Assembly: GCA_040222015.1 (NCBI GenBank)
Contig: JAVJWO010000022.1
Coordinates: forward strand, 1 to 64,000
DNA length: 64,000 bases
Direction: 5' to 3'
DNA from: Coleofasciculus chthonoplastes F2-STO-03
GTDB taxonomy: Bacteria > Cyanobacteriota > Cyanobacteriia > Cyanobacteriales > Coleofasciculaceae
Part shown: positions 9,340-21,203 of the stretch, piece after piece
How the letters are laid out: each line of letters opens with the position of its first letter
Position numbering within the stretch: position 1 is the stretch's first letter
The notes under the pieces: generated by a model
The model's database searches: none
What the model was told of the DNA's origin: nothing
The model's input: only the letters and a program-made list of their open reading frames with translations
Made by a program: the position numbers and the translations under genes

Positions 9340-10863
9340 ATGATATTACCAGAGTTTTCTCAATTTTGCGCCCTGTCTCAACAGGGTAATTTTGTACCCG
9401 TTTACCAAGAGTGGGTGGCAGATTTAGAAACTCCGGTGTCGGCTTGGTATAAAGTCTGTGCGGGTCAACCCTATAGTTTTCTCCTGGAATCGGTGGAAGG
9501 GGGAGAAAATGTGGGACGCTATAGTTTGTTGGGGTGTGATCCGTTATGGGTGTTGGTCGCACGGGGCGATCGCACGACGCAGACGCACCGGAATGGTACG
9601 GTAACGGAGTTTGAGGGGAATCCATTTGAGACATTAACTCATTGCCTTAGTCCCTATCATCCGGTTAAATTGCCCCAATTACCACCCGGAATTGGTGGGT
9701 TATTTGGGTTTTGGGGATATGAGTTGATTCGCTGGATTGAACCGCGAGTTCCGGTTTATTCCCCCTCGGAACAAGATTTGCCGGATGGATTGTGGATGCA
9801 GGTGGATAACCTGATTATTTTTGATCAGGTGAAGCGAAAAATTTGGGCGATCGCTTACGCGGATTTACGGGAAGCGAATGGAGACTTGGAATCCGCCTAT
9901 CAGCAAGCCTGCGATCGCGTCCAGACATTGGTACAGAAGCTGCAACTCCCCTTATCAAGTCAGGATACGGTTTTGGAATGGACGCCGCCAGGAACCACCC
10001 AGCAGCCGTTAAGCTATACCAGCAATACGCAAAAGGAACAGTTTTGTGCCAATGTACAAACCGCTAAAGACTATATCCGCGCCGGGGATATCTTCCAAGT
10101 GGTTCTCTCCCAACGGCTTTCGGCTGACTATCAAGGTGATCCCTTTGCCTTATACCGTTCCCTGCGTCTGATTAATCCCTCGCCCTATATGGCGTATTTT
10201 AATTTTGGCGATTGGCAGTTAATTGGGTCAAGTCCGGAAGTGATGGTTAAAGCTAGCCGATTACCCACAGGAACATTACAAGCCACCCTGCGCCCCATCG
10301 CCGGAACTCGTCGCCGAGGTGAAACACTTCAGGAAGATGAAGCGTTGGCGCAAGATTTATTGCAAGATCCCAAAGAAATTGCTGAACACGTTATGTTGGT
10401 GGATTTGGGTCGCAATGACTTAGGGCGGGTTTGTACCAGTGGAACTGTAACCGTTGATGAGTTAATGGTTATCGAGCGCTATTCCCATGTGATGCACATT
10501 GTTAGTAATGTGGTGGGAGAACTGGCTGAGAATAAAACGGCTTGGGATTTACTCAAAGCCTGCTTTCCCGCCGGAACCGTCAGTGGTGCGCCGAAAATTC
10601 GGGCGATGGAAATCATCCACGAATTGGAACCGGAACGGCGGGGTGCTTATTCTGGGGTGTATGGCTGGTATGATTTTGAAGGGCAACTCAATAGCGCGAT
10701 CGCGATTCGCACTATGGTGGTTCGTCCCCATCCCTCTGGTACACATACAGTATCTGTGCAAGCAGGTGCCGGTTTAGTGGCTGATTCTAACCCGGACAAA
10801 GAATACGAAGAAACACTGAATAAAGCCAGAGGCTTATTAGAAGCTATTCGTTGTTTAAGTTAA
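9340..10863 (+). CDS. trpE: Anthranilate synthase component I
   Basis: FLLESVEGG, NPSPYM, RPIAGTR, EHVMLVDLGRND and PAGTVSGAPK motifs; start at MILPEF because the upstream ATG lies in a repeat. Confidence 0.95.
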   Translation: MILPEFSQFCALSQQGNFVPVYQEWVADLETPVSAWYKVCAGQPYSFLLESVEGGENVGRYSLLGCDPLWVLVARGDRTTQTHRNGTVTEFEGNPFETLTHCLSPYHPVKLPQLPPGIGGLFGFWGYELIRWIEPRVPVYSPSEQDLPDGLWMQVDNLIIFDQVKRKIWAIAYADLREANGDLESAYQQACDRVQTLVQKLQLPLSSQDTVLEWTPPGTTQQPLSYTSNTQKEQFCANVQTAKDYIRAGDIFQVVLSQRLSADYQGDPFALYRSLRLINPSPYMAYFNFGDWQLIGSSPEVMVKASRLPTGTLQATLRPIAGTRRRGETLQEDEALAQDLLQDPKEIAEHVMLVDLGRNDLGRVCTSGTVTVDELMVIERYSHVMHIVSNVVGELAENKTAWDLLKACFPAGTVSGAPKIRAMEIIHELEPERRGAYSGVYGWYDFEGQLNSAIAIRTMVVRPHPSGTHTVSVQAGAGLVADSNPDKEYEETLNKARGLLEAIRCLS

Positions 10864-10887
10864 CAGCAATGGAAGTCTATCACCTTT

Positions 10888-10921
10888 AGCATCCCTGGTC
10901 TTTATGCCAGGGAGAAGTCAA
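10888..10921 (+). mobile_element. Possible IS200/IS605 right-end remnant
   Basis: Hairpin TCCCTGG-TCTTTATG-CCAGGGA followed by GAAGTCAA, the layout of IS605-type ends. Confidence 0.45.
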
Positions 10922-11347
10922 AAATCCGCGTTAAAAAATAACGTAAATGAACCTAAAGTGATTCGGGATAGACTGCGATCGCTAGCCAAAAAAACGGGTG
11001 GCAAGGGATTTGGTGGTTCAAAGCTATAGAGACTATGATAGTAAACGGGTGGCATCAGGACACAGCCCGGTGTCTATACCAATTTAAGCGGTAACTCGGC
11101 TTATACTAAGTGGGTGGACATTAAAGTTAACGAGAGAACTAGATAATACAACTTGAGATAGAATTTTAAGATTAATTTTTGAGTTATAACTATACTAGAC
11201 TTAGCTGGAAGCGGAATTAGGGGTCTTGCCGATTTGATTGAATAAGCAGATTGTCTGATCAATTCTGACTATTGAATGAATGAAAATTTTTATATCCGGT
11301 TAATTCGCAAAAAATGTGGAATAAAGAGCAGTGTACTTTTCATATAG

Positions 11348-11761
11348 ATGAAAAAATACTTTGAGGTGGATGACATGCAAAATAAACAAGCTGATGATTT
11401 TTATTTGAGCCAAAATTTAAGCTCCCGGCAAAATATTAATACAGAACAACCATCACACTATCCATTTCCGACAAATTCAGCAAAAGGCAATTCTTCATCT
11501 TTTGAGCAAAACGGAGGCTTATTACTGATACCCCTAAGCTTTATGGTAATGGCTTGGGTTGTCTTAATTTTATTACGGTCAAATTTATTAAAATCATTCC
11601 GGAATCGATTAACGCCAATCAAAGGATTACATCAAGTTCCTTGCTTAAATTGTAAATATTTTAAAAATGATCCCTATCTGAAATGTGCTGTAAATCCATG
11701 TACGGTATTAACGGAAGAAGCAGCCAATTGTGCTGACTATTGCTCAAAAGATAGCCAATAA
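11348..11761 (+). CDS. Hypothetical single-TM protein with C-terminal Cys cluster
   Basis: One hydrophobic helix, then PCxNCxYF...LKCAVNP...C. Confidence 0.7.
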   Translation: MKKYFEVDDMQNKQADDFYLSQNLSSRQNINTEQPSHYPFPTNSAKGNSSSFEQNGGLLLIPLSFMVMAWVVLILLRSNLLKSFRNRLTPIKGLHQVPCLNCKYFKNDPYLKCAVNPCTVLTEEAANCADYCSKDSQ

Positions 11762-11899
11762 TTGTCTCAGTGATCACGGGGAAAGGCAGAAGGCTCCAGG
11801 GCAGAGGGTAGAAGGCTCCACGTAAAAAGAAGTCAACGTTGATCCTCCTTTCTGATAAACTGACGTTGGAAGTCTGCCGCTAACATACCAATATCAACG

Positions 11900-12772
11900 A
11901 TGTGGACAGAGATAGCTGCCCAGATTAGTAAAATCACAGGCAAACCCTTTGAAGTCGTGAACCGCCGTTCGGTGAGTGGCGGCTGCATTAATCAGGGTTG
12001 TGCGTTAATCGGTGACGATACTACCTATTTTGTCAAAACCAACCAAGCCTCTCAAGTCAGTATGTTTGAAGCAGAGGCGTTGGGATTAAAGCAAATGCTA
12101 GATACCCATGCGATTCGAGTTCCGCAACCCATCGTCTATGGTGTCGCTGGAAATTCGGCGTATATTGTCCTAGAGTGGCTGGAATTTGGTAGTGGGAATA
12201 GTGAATCCTGGGTAGAAATGGGACGCCAGCTAGCGGCGATGCATCAGGCGATTCCGCCTCAAGGCAAAGACGGGCGATTTGGTTGGAATCAAAACAACAC
12301 CATTGGTTCAACGCCACAAATTAACGATTGGATGGATGATTGGGCAGAATTCTTTGCCGAACATCGATTAGGATATCAATTCAAACTAGCACGGCGTCGC
12401 GGGGGACATTTTCCGGGGCAAGATAAATTATTGGCAAAAGTTCCTGAATTGTTGGCTCATCAACCCAAACCCTCTTTGATTCACGGGGATTTGTGGGGGG
12501 GAAATGCTGCTGTTACCACATCAGGGGAACCCGTACTGTTAGATCCGGCAACTTATGTCGGCGATCGCGAAGCGGATATTGCCATGACAGAATTGTTTGG
12601 TGGCTTTCCGGCGGCATTCTATCGGGGGTATAACCAAGTGTGGCAGTTAGATTCGGGGTATGAGCAGCGCAAAACCTTGTACAACTTGTACCATATCATC
12701 AATCACTTTAATCTGTTTGGTGGTGGGTATGGATCGCAAGCCAATCGGATGATTGAGCAAATTCTTGGATAA
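11900..12772 (+). CDS. Fructosamine kinase family protein
   Basis: GGCIN, MFEAEA, HGDLWGGN, DPA.Y.GDREAD motifs. Confidence 0.92.
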   Translation: MWTEIAAQISKITGKPFEVVNRRSVSGGCINQGCALIGDDTTYFVKTNQASQVSMFEAEALGLKQMLDTHAIRVPQPIVYGVAGNSAYIVLEWLEFGSGNSESWVEMGRQLAAMHQAIPPQGKDGRFGWNQNNTIGSTPQINDWMDDWAEFFAEHRLGYQFKLARRRGGHFPGQDKLLAKVPELLAHQPKPSLIHGDLWGGNAAVTTSGEPVLLDPATYVGDREADIAMTELFGGFPAAFYRGYNQVWQLDSGYEQRKTLYNLYHIINHFNLFGGGYGSQANRMIEQILG

Positions 12773-12808
12773 GATGCGGGTAGGATGCGATCAGACTTGT
12801 CTGATACC

Positions 12809-15148
12809 TCAATCACTGACAATAAAGGGAATTTCCACCACAAACTCTGTACCGCATCCGGGTACGGAGATGCAATGTAATTGTCCCCCATGTTTTTCCA
12901 CGATAATTTGATAGCTGATCGATAATCCTAATCCTGTTCCTTCTCCTACTGGTTTTGTGGTAAAAAATGGATCAAAAATTTGTTCCTTGATTTGTTCAGG
13001 AATGCCAGAACCATTATCAGCAATGTGAATCAATACAGAATTGCGCTCCGATAATTCAGTCCGAATCCATATCGTCGGTGTGGGAGCATGATCAGGAAAA
13101 GAGAGTTCTGTCGATGCTGAACCCTTATTCTTATCCGCTTGTTCATCCCCCGAATTTAGAGCATCAATGGCATTATTCAGCAAATTCATAAAGACTTGAT
13201 TGAGTTGTCCCGGATAGCATTCTACAGGTGGCAGCTTACCATAGTCTTTGACGACTTGGATATTAGAGACTTCCGGCTTGAAGCGGTGCTGCAAAATTAA
13301 CAGCGTATTCTCCATTCCTTGTTCAACATTCATGCATTTGCGTTCAGCTTCATCCAGGCGCGAAAAATTCTTTAAGCTAGCCACTAACGTTTCCAGACGG
13401 TTGACCCCGAATTTCATCGAACTGAGAAGTTTGGGCAAATCTTCTCTGAGAAAGTCGATATCAATATCTTCAATTAAGCTTTCAATTTCTGATGCAGGTT
13501 GAGGATAGTGCTGCTCATAGAGTTGGACTAATTCCAATAAATTCTGAGCATATTGATTGGCATGGGAAATATTCCCAGAGATAAACGTAATCGGATTATT
13601 AATTTCATGAGCAATCCCTGCTACTAACTGTCCCAAACTCGACATTTTTTCATTTTGAATCAGTTTAAGTTGAGTCTGTTTAAGTTCACGCAGAGTTTGT
13701 TCAAGCTGGGTGGCTTTCTCTTTCAAATTTGTTTCCGACTCTCGCAAGGCGGCTTCAGCGGCTTGGCGTTCCTTGAGTTCAGCCGAGACTTGCTCAAACA
13801 ATGCCGCTTGCTGAATTGCCACACTTAACTGAATGCTAAGTTTTCTCACACATTCAATTTCCTGTTGCTGCCATTGTCGCACTCCAGAACATTGCTGAAC
13901 CACCAGCAATCCCCAGAGCTTTTTTCCTTGTAAAATAGGCGCTACTAGGTTAGCCCGAACCTGAAGCTTTTCGAGTAATTCAATGTGACAAGGGCTTAAA
14001 TTAGCATTGTAGATATCGTTAATCACTCGAATATAACCGTCTTGGTAGAGAAACGATATAACTTCAGGATTATTAAAAAAATCGTCCTCAATGGTTGTGC
14101 CAACAATCCTCATCCACCCTTCGCCAACTGACTCCACATCAACGGTTCCCGTCCAATCGGGATTAAACCGATAAATCAGAGTGCGATCGCACTTTATAAA
14201 TTTCCGCACCTCTTCTACGGCTGTATTCAGGACTTCATTCAGATTCAAGGATTGGTTAATTCGCTGATTTATACAGCTCAAAAGCCGCTCTTGCTTGGCT
14301 TGTTGCTTTAATTGCTGTTCAGTTCGTTTGTTTTGGGTAATGTCACGGAATGACCAAATTCTGCCGTAGCACGTTCCTGTAGCCGATAAAGCTGGCGTGG
14401 AATAAAGCTCGAAAATTCGTCCATCAGTTAGCTGAATTTCATCCTTATGAGTTAGTGGCGGATGCTGTTCCAGATATTCGACTTTACTAAACACCTTTAG
14501 CGGTTCAGCAATTAAGGGCAACACAAATTCTAAAAATTCCTCTTTATCGGAGGATTTCATCATGTCATCAGGAACCTGCCACATTTGGCAAAAGCGAGAA
14601 TTGTGATTAATGATTTGACCATTGGGAGCAATGACAATGACACCATCGGGATCAGCCTCTTGTTGTGCCTTCAATAAAGCATGACTAACTCGGAGTTCCT
14701 CTTGGGCTTGCTTACGAGATGTAATATCAGTCTGGACGCCAACAAAATAGATTACGCGCCCCTTGGCGTCTCGAATCGGTGAGATCGCTAGCTCATTCCA
14801 AAAGGGTATTCCATCTTTGCGATAATTCTTAAGGACGACCTTTACCTCTTGCTCAGTTCGTAGAGCCTGACGGATTTGCTTAATCACCTGCGGATCAGTA
14901 TCGGCTCCTTGCAGGAAGCGGCAATTGCGTCCAACCACCTCTTGACGGGAATAGCCAGTAATTTTCTCGAAGGCGGGATTGCAATAGACAATTGGCAAAT
15001 CCGGTTGGCAAGCATCGCTGAGGACAATGCCACAGCTTGCCGCACCGAGGATACGCTCATCTAAGCAAAGTGGCTCCTGAGCTATTTTATCGAGGGTATT
15101 GGCGTCGAAAAGATTACCCGTTGAGGGCTGATGGAGGTCGGAAATCAT
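12809..15148 (-). CDS. Sensor histidine kinase: LOV + PAS + cyanobacteriochrome-type GAF + HisKA/HATPase
   Basis: LOV motif [12 protein letters not shown] with EDDFF...[27 protein letters not shown]. Confidence 0.9.
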   Translation of the reverse strand: MISDLHQPSTGNLFDANTLDKIAQEPLCLDERILGAASCGIVLSDACQPDLPIVYCNPAFEKITGYSRQEVVGRNCRFLQGADTDPQVIKQIRQALRTEQEVKVVLKNYRKDGIPFWNELAISPIRDAKGRVIYFVGVQTDITSRKQAQEELRVSHALLKAQQEADPDGVIVIAPNGQIINHNSRFCQMWQVPDDMMKSSDKEEFLEFVLPLIAEPLKVFSKVEYLEQHPPLTHKDEIQLTDGRIFELYSTPALSATGTCYGRIWSFRDITQNKRTEQQLKQQAKQERLLSCINQRINQSLNLNEVLNTAVEEVRKFIKCDRTLIYRFNPDWTGTVDVESVGEGWMRIVGTTIEDDFFNNPEVISFLYQDGYIRVINDIYNANLSPCHIELLEKLQVRANLVAPILQGKKLWGLLVVQQCSGVRQWQQQEIECVRKLSIQLSVAIQQAALFEQVSAELKERQAAEAALRESETNLKEKATQLEQTLRELKQTQLKLIQNEKMSSLGQLVAGIAHEINNPITFISGNISHANQYAQNLLELVQLYEQHYPQPASEIESLIEDIDIDFLREDLPKLLSSMKFGVNRLETLVASLKNFSRLDEAERKCMNVEQGMENTLLILQHRFKPEVSNIQVVKDYGKLPPVECYPGQLNQVFMNLLNNAIDALNSGDEQADKNKGSASTELSFPDHAPTPTIWIRTELSERNSVLIHIADNGSGIPEQIKEQIFDPFFTTKPVGEGTGLGLSISYQIIVEKHGGQLHCISVPGCGTEFVVEIPFIVSD

Positions 15149-15396
15149 GGCAGTAAGTCAGCAACGTGTAATATATGCAGGGGTCGAGGCGTATTCTCCT
15201 TAATTTAAAAACGCCTCACAAGAGATTCAATACACCCAAAGGATGAATTTACAGAACTTTACAGAAAAATCACCATACCGTTTATTGAATATAAAGATTC
15301 GGTAACAATACCCTGTTTTATCCGGACAAGGGTTAGTAGAGAAAGCCTGCACCCTATATAGTTACTGTCTGGAGGCGGATCTAGACTAGAATCTAA

Positions 15397-16965
15397 ATGC
15401 CAACTTTGATCGTTGAAATGTCAGCTCCAACCGTACTATCTAAAAAATTTCTCCAACCCATTGACCGTCTGGCTTTGATAATCATGGTAGTGCTAAGTCT
15501 GTTAATTGGCATCGTGCTATTGACAGGCGATACCACTCGACCTAGAGTTAGGGATTTCAGTTGGCAGGACAAATACATCAGTGCTGAGGATACGGCGTTT
15601 ATTCTAACCTTTAGCCGTCCGATGAACCACGCCAGCGTAAAAGCAAATCTCAAAATCACACCCGTTTTGCCAGAGGGTGAGGTTAGTCCCTCAGATGTAC
15701 CGCCAATCGAGGGCAAGATTAGCTGGGCGGGGCGTAAAATGGCGTATACGTTGCTTTCGCCGATTCCTTATGGTAATGACTATCAGGTTCAGCTTCAGGG
15801 GGCAAAGGAGAAAATACCAGGGGTTGAAGAAACAGGTACAGTTATGGAACCGTTTCAGGCAAACTTTCACAGTCGCGATCGCGCTTTTGCTTATATTGGT
15901 GTCGAAGGCGAGGAACAGGGGCGGTTAATCCTCTATAATCTCACCCAACAGCAAAAAACGCTGCTGACGCCGGCTGATCTGGTGGTACTGGACTTTCAGC
16001 CCTATCCTGGGAGCGATCGCATTTTATTTTCCGCCAATGATCGCCAAAATCAGGCAAAGGGGTTACTCACGGCACAACTGTACACCGTAACCACGGGACT
16101 GTCGTTTCCCTCTCCAGATCAGCGTTCTCCGTCTCAGCAAACCCCTGGTAAGCTGGATTTGGTGTTAGATAGCCAAAACTATCAAAATCTGCAATTTGAC
16201 CTATCCAGAGACGGGCAAATCATTGTGGTACAGCGAGTGAATCGAGAAGATCCCGCTGACTTTGGTCTGTGGATGATCCCCGCTGATGGCGAACCCCAAC
16301 CCTTAGAGAATCAGCCCGGTGGCGAATTTTTAATTGCCCCAGATAGTGCGTCATTAGCCGTAGCGCAAGGACAAGGAGTGGCGATTCTGCCCTTAAACGC
16401 CGACGCCGAACCTCTAGACTTTCTGCCCAAATTTGGTCAAGTTCTCAGCTTTGCCAGAGATGGTGCAACAGCGACAATGGTGAAATTTAACACCGACTAT
16501 ACGCGATCGCTGTTTTTGGTGAATAATCAGGGAACTGAGGAAGAACTCCTCCGCACAACGGGTTCGATTGTCAACTGTGAGTTCGCCCCAAATGAGGAAA
16601 CCCTCTATTGCCTGCTCACCCAACTGATTCAAGGGGAAGAGTATCGCGAGGAACCCTTTATCGCCGCCGTTAATCTCAACACCGAACCCGATAGTGAGGA
16701 GAGTCCAGTCAAACCCTTAGTCGTTCTGCCAGAACAGCGGGATATTCAACTGAGTTTATCCCCCGATGGGTTAGCCTTATTATTCGATCAGGTAGCCACC
16801 CGACCCGCCTCACCCATTGACAGTTTAAGAAATGACGAAGGACAGGCGATCGCAACTGGGCGTCTTTGGCTATTGCCCTTAGATGAATCGATAACCTCAG
16901 AAACACCCGTACAACTACAACCTGAGCCATTATTACCAGGATTTCTCCCCCACTGGCTACCCTGA
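15397..16965 (+). CDS. Membrane-anchored protein with Ig-like and TolB-like propeller regions
   Basis: N-terminal TM, LTFSRPM Ig-like motif, repeated (L/F)S.DG blades. Confidence 0.7.
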   Translation: MPTLIVEMSAPTVLSKKFLQPIDRLALIIMVVLSLLIGIVLLTGDTTRPRVRDFSWQDKYISAEDTAFILTFSRPMNHASVKANLKITPVLPEGEVSPSDVPPIEGKISWAGRKMAYTLLSPIPYGNDYQVQLQGAKEKIPGVEETGTVMEPFQANFHSRDRAFAYIGVEGEEQGRLILYNLTQQQKTLLTPADLVVLDFQPYPGSDRILFSANDRQNQAKGLLTAQLYTVTTGLSFPSPDQRSPSQQTPGKLDLVLDSQNYQNLQFDLSRDGQIIVVQRVNREDPADFGLWMIPADGEPQPLENQPGGEFLIAPDSASLAVAQGQGVAILPLNADAEPLDFLPKFGQVLSFARDGATATMVKFNTDYTRSLFLVNNQGTEEELLRTTGSIVNCEFAPNEETLYCLLTQLIQGEEYREEPFIAAVNLNTEPDSEESPVKPLVVLPEQRDIQLSLSPDGLALLFDQVATRPASPIDSLRNDEGQAIATGRLWLLPLDESITSETPVQLQPEPLLPGFLPHWLP

Positions 16966-16968
16966 TTA

Positions 16969-17052
16969 GGGTGTCGGGTGTCGGGTGTCGGGTGTCGGGT
17001 GTCGGGTGTCGGGTGTCGGGTGTCGGGTGTCGGGTATCGGGTGTCGGGTGTC
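16969..17052. repeat. STRR heptamer (GGGTGTC)x12
   Basis: 12 tandem units, one GGGTATC variant. Confidence 0.95.
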
Positions 17053-17185
17053 GGGAAAAATTGAACCCCAATCCGCGATCACCAATTGAGGGAGATGAGA
17101 AACCTGTAGGGGCGGGTTTCACTACTATCATTTGTTTTCACCCGAATGTAACTAAACCCGCCCCGACCTAGCCGTTAATTTATCA

Positions 17186-17262
17186 CAAATGACAAATGAC
17201 CAATGACCAATGACCAATGACCAATGACCAATGACCAATGACCAATGACCAATGACCAATGA
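17186..17262. repeat. STRR heptamer (CAAATGA/CCAATGA)x11
   Basis: Direct tandem units between convergent genes. Confidence 0.95.
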
Positions 17263-17268
17263 CCAAAT

Positions 17269-17988
17269 TTAGCTTAACCACGCCGGATGAGACAGCAACT
17301 TGGCAATAACCCGGACCCCGCGTAGCTGATTCGACAACGGCAGATGACCTTTGGGGGCGCTGAGTTCCCATGTAAACTCATTGGGGTATCGAGTCCAGAT
17401 ATTCCCGGACTTCCAGCCAATTTTGGGCCACAGTTTTTCCCAGTTTTTGCCCACAGCAAGCCAAAGTTCCCGCTGCACAGAAAATCCAAATTTACCTTGC
17501 GAGTGAATCACCCACAGGGTATTAATTGTCTGTAAATCGGGAATCGGGAACTTCTCCACTTCAGAAAAGTACAACCATTTGCGCTGTACAGCAGCAGACC
17601 CAGCCAATTCACAAAGTTTCTCTAATGTCAACCTATCTGCTGCCTGAAACTCTTGCTCGGCAAGTAACTGTTGTAGAGGAGCGTAGTCAATATCCCGTTC
17701 AGACAACAGGGGAAAAATTCCTGTCGGAAAATGGTTTTGTAGGAACTCCTCAGTTTTGGCAGTCTTTGCCTGATAAAGGGCTTGGTATGTCAAACCGGAA
17801 CTGAGGCTGGGAGGGTTAGAGGATTGCGCTTGCAGAAAGTCCATCAAAACATCTAAACCAGCATCCCCCTGATTCACCAGTTCTGGAATGAGCTGGAGTT
17901 GTTTTTTCTCAGAACTCGACCCGAGTTGGCTAGTCAACTCGGCAAGGTGGTTGGTTTCGGGTACAGAGGCAGTCGTTTGGTCTATCAT
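17269..17988 (-). CDS. gun4: GUN4 (Ycf53) Mg-chelatase activator
   Basis: QRKWLYFSEV, W..HS.GKFGFSVQRE.W, WTRYP..F.W and APKGHLPLSNQLRGVRV motifs. Confidence 0.92.
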   Translation of the reverse strand: MIDQTTASVPETNHLAELTSQLGSSSEKKQLQLIPELVNQGDAGLDVLMDFLQAQSSNPPSLSSGLTYQALYQAKTAKTEEFLQNHFPTGIFPLLSERDIDYAPLQQLLAEQEFQAADRLTLEKLCELAGSAAVQRKWLYFSEVEKFPIPDLQTINTLWVIHSQGKFGFSVQRELWLAVGKNWEKLWPKIGWKSGNIWTRYPNEFTWELSAPKGHLPLSNQLRGVRVIAKLLSHPAWLS

Positions 17989-18102
17989 GAAGCGACGTGT
18001 TTGAAGTTGCGGCAACTGATCCTATTGTCGAGGCAAAGTGGCTCGCTTGAACGCCTTAAACTCTAAAATTGACAAGATTACTTTAGATCATCGGTCTAGA
18101 AA

Positions 18103-18165
18103 CAGCTTCCCCAGCTTCCCCAGCTTCCCCAGCTTCCCCAGCTTCCCCAGCTTCCCCAGCTCCCC
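18103..18165. repeat. Nonamer tandem (CAGCTTCCC)x7
   Basis: Six perfect units plus one variant; related array at 54822-54893. Confidence 0.9.
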
Positions 18166-18172
18166 CGCCTTC

Positions 18173-18886
18173 CTAACCATTGCTCGGAGGTTGATAACCA
18201 TTTTCATAGGCAAAACGAATAATCTGAGCGCGGTTCCCCAGCTTTAACTTATTAAGAATACTACTCAGGTGCGTTTGAACAGTACGCGGACTGATAAACA
18301 AGCGATTGCTGATTTGTTTATTCGTCAATCCTTGAATCACTTCCCAAAACACTCGTTCTTCTGCAGGTGTCAACGGTAAAGGTGTAGGGGTGACAGTTTC
18401 TTCTTCCTGGGGTGCTGAAACCTCGGTCGCTTGAGCGGTTTTGGCTTGGTTCGCTAACTCCGTGACAGCGGAACTGGCATTAAGCTGCATCAACTGAACA
18501 ATCAGAGCATGGATACGACGGGTTCTCTCAAGCTGAGCCTTGATTTTAGCTGCTAATTCTCTAGGATTAACGGGCTTAATCAGATAATCATCCGCTCCGA
18601 TGGAGTGACCGTGAATCCGGTCTTCGAGTTCTCCTTTGCCCGATAGAAAAATAAAAGGCATCAGTTGACCGGATGGAGTCGCCCTCAGACGACGGCAAAA
18701 TTCTATTCCATCCATCTCTGGCATCATCACATCAGAAACCACCAAGTCGGGTGGATTTTTGACACAAGCCTCCAAAGCTTCTACCCCAGAACTCACCTGT
18801 TGAACCTGATATCCCATATTTTCCAGGGCGCGTGTCAAAGTAATGCGTAATGTTCTATCATCATCAACCACTAAAATTTTTTTCAT
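18173..18886 (-). CDS. NarL/LuxR-family response regulator
   Basis: REC domain (VVDDD, SDVMMP, KP) plus LuxR HTH (LTPAEERV...TNKQIS.RLFISPRTVQTH). Confidence 0.92.
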   Translation of the reverse strand: MKKILVVDDDRTLRITLTRALENMGYQVQQVSSGVEALEACVKNPPDLVVSDVMMPEMDGIEFCRRLRATPSGQLMPFIFLSGKGELEDRIHGHSIGADDYLIKPVNPRELAAKIKAQLERTRRIHALIVQLMQLNASSAVTELANQAKTAQATEVSAPQEEETVTPTPLPLTPAEERVFWEVIQGLTNKQISNRLFISPRTVQTHLSSILNKLKLGNRAQIIRFAYENGYQPPSNG

Positions 18887-19480
18887 CGTTGGTCGTCAGT
18901 CATGGATCAAAAGGTTGAAGGTTAGGGTAGGTGAGATGCTTTCCCTTAGAACGTCTTTCCTTGGGCAAGAAGCGTCCGGACAGGAGCAGAAATCAGGAGC
19001 AAAAAACTCAGTGTTGGTAATAGCCTAGCGACTTCAGTAGCGTATTGCCACAAACATTGAACGACAAGTCAACCGGAGGACAGATGAACCAACCCTCTGT
19101 CATCGGCTACCCCATCACATAGTCGGGTTAACGCCGAGCTAGGCTCTATCGAGTAACAGAATGCGCCACGATAGCCAACACAGATGCTTTATTCCAGCAT
19201 AATAGTTGAGTTCAGCGAGTGTCTAAACGCTAGACTATCGTGTTCGTGGGAGAGGGCAGTTTGAGCAGAGTTTTAGCTGTGCCTTTTATAAGGGGTAATG
19301 AGTAATGGATAATTCATGAAAAGTCCGTTATCTTTGTTACCAATTTTTGGCTATTTTCTTCCCGATTCCGCCGTAATCTGCAAAAAAACTTAATAAAGTT
19401 CCCAGCAGCCAAGAGATCTGGTAACTTTTTCGGAGCATCAATAATTGTGATGCTGATTTTACCCTTAGCGAAAGAGTTTT

Positions 19481-20902
19481 ATGTACGAAAAAATCACACC
19501 TCCAGATACAGGGTCTCGGATTACCTTCGAGGATGGGAAACCCGTTGTTCCTGATGATCCGATTATTCCCTTCATTCGGGGAGACGGCACAGGTGTCGAT
19601 ATCTGGCCCGCGACCCAAAAGGTCATTGATGCGGCGGTGCAAACGGCGTATAGTGGGAAGCGGAACATTACCTGGTTTAAAATTTATGCTGGGGATGAAG
19701 CCTGCGACAAGTACGGAACATATCAATACTTACCGGAAGACACCTTAACCGCGATTAAAGAATACGGCGTTGCCATCAAAGGACCCTTAACCACTCCAAT
19801 CGGCGGAGGTATTCGTTCGCTCAATGTCGCCTTGCGTCAAATTAATGATCTCTACGCCTGCGTGCGTCCCTGCAAATATTACCCAGGGACACCCTCGCCC
19901 CACAAAGAACCCGATAAACTAGATTTGATTATCTATCGGGAGAACACAGAAGATATCTACCTGGGAATTGAGTGGCGTCAGGGAACCGAAATTGCCGACA
20001 AACTGATTTCAATTCTCAATAACGATTTTATTCCAGCCACGCCAGAACATGGCACAAAGCAGATTCGCCTTGACTCAGGGATTGGGATTAAACCCATCAG
20101 TAAAACAGGTACTCAACGTCTGGTTCGTCGCGCCATTGAACGCGCCTTAATCTTACCCAAAGCCAAGCAAATGGTTACCTTGGTGCATAAGGGTAATATT
20201 ATGAAATACACCGAAGGTGCATTTCGAGACTGGGGGTATGAACTCGCGACCACAGAATTCCGGGCGCAATGCGTTACCGAACGAGAATCGTGGATACTGA
20301 GCAATAAAGAACATGACCCAAATATCAGCCTCGAAGACAATGCCCGTAAGGTTGAACCCGGTTATGATGCCCTGACACCGGAAAAGCGGGCTGAAGCTAC
20401 GGCAGAAGTCGAAAGTGTTCTCAGTGCCATCTGGGATACCCACGGCAATGGTCAATGGAAAGAAAAAGTCATGGTCAATGACCGGATTGCGGACAGTATT
20501 TTCCAACAAATCCAGACTCGCCCGGATGAATACTCGATTCTGGCGACGATGAACCTGAATGGGGATTATCTGTCCGACGCAGCAGCTGCCCTGGTAGGAG
20601 GTTTAGGCATGGGACCCGGTGCCAATATTGGTGACACCTGTGCCATTTTTGAAGCCACCCACGGCACAGCACCTAAGCACGCGGGTTTAGACCGAATTAA
20701 TCCCGGTTCACTCATCCTATCTGCGGTGATGATGTTGGAATATATGGGATGGCAAGAAGCGGCTGATTTAATTACACGGGGAATTGGCGGTGCTATTTCT
20801 AATCGGGAAGTCACCTACGACTTAGCCCGCATGATGACGCCACGGGTTGAGTCACCGTTGAAGTGTTCAGAATTTGCGGACGCAATTATTAAACACTTCT
20901 AG
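19481..20902 (+). CDS. icd: NADP-dependent isocitrate dehydrogenase
   Basis: [31 protein letters not shown] and EATHGTAPK motifs. Confidence 0.98.
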   Translation: MYEKITPPDTGSRITFEDGKPVVPDDPIIPFIRGDGTGVDIWPATQKVIDAAVQTAYSGKRNITWFKIYAGDEACDKYGTYQYLPEDTLTAIKEYGVAIKGPLTTPIGGGIRSLNVALRQINDLYACVRPCKYYPGTPSPHKEPDKLDLIIYRENTEDIYLGIEWRQGTEIADKLISILNNDFIPATPEHGTKQIRLDSGIGIKPISKTGTQRLVRRAIERALILPKAKQMVTLVHKGNIMKYTEGAFRDWGYELATTEFRAQCVTERESWILSNKEHDPNISLEDNARKVEPGYDALTPEKRAEATAEVESVLSAIWDTHGNGQWKEKVMVNDRIADSIFQQIQTRPDEYSILATMNLNGDYLSDAAAALVGGLGMGPGANIGDTCAIFEATHGTAPKHAGLDRINPGSLILSAVMMLEYMGWQEAADLITRGIGGAISNREVTYDLARMMTPRVESPLKCSEFADAIIKHF

Positions 20903-20984
20903 GGTTTCTACTGCTCAGGCAGAGCCTCAACAGAAGATTCCCAGGCTCTGCCTGGGAACGAGGCTAAAGTAGTCGGACATATAT

Positions 20985-21087
20985 AACCTGAGTTCGATAT
21001 AAGCAGCCATTTGAGGCTGTTTAAAGGAAGAATGACGATTTCAGACTACGACAGAATCAGGCTTTCAGCTTACGTCGAACTCAGGTT
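20985..21087. mobile_element. MITE-like inverted-repeat element
   Basis: AACCTGAGTTCGA / TCGAACTCAGGTT terminal IRs. Confidence 0.55.
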
Positions 21088-21203
21088 TACTGGCATATTT
21101 TAAGCAATTAGCACATTCGATTATATAATTCGTAAAAAATGCTGTATACTAAGATAATGTAGTAGAGGTTTTTAAAATCTCCCCCCAATCATTTTTTAAA
21201 GTT

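Noticed and set aside
16709..17371. ORFs with RHPTPDT, SGVGCRV and LVIGHWS repeats
   Set aside because: Translations of heptamer STRR arrays
18900..19480. Possible sRNA or riboswitch in the long intergenic region between the response regulator and icd
   Set aside because: No recognisable family motif or convincing structure by eye
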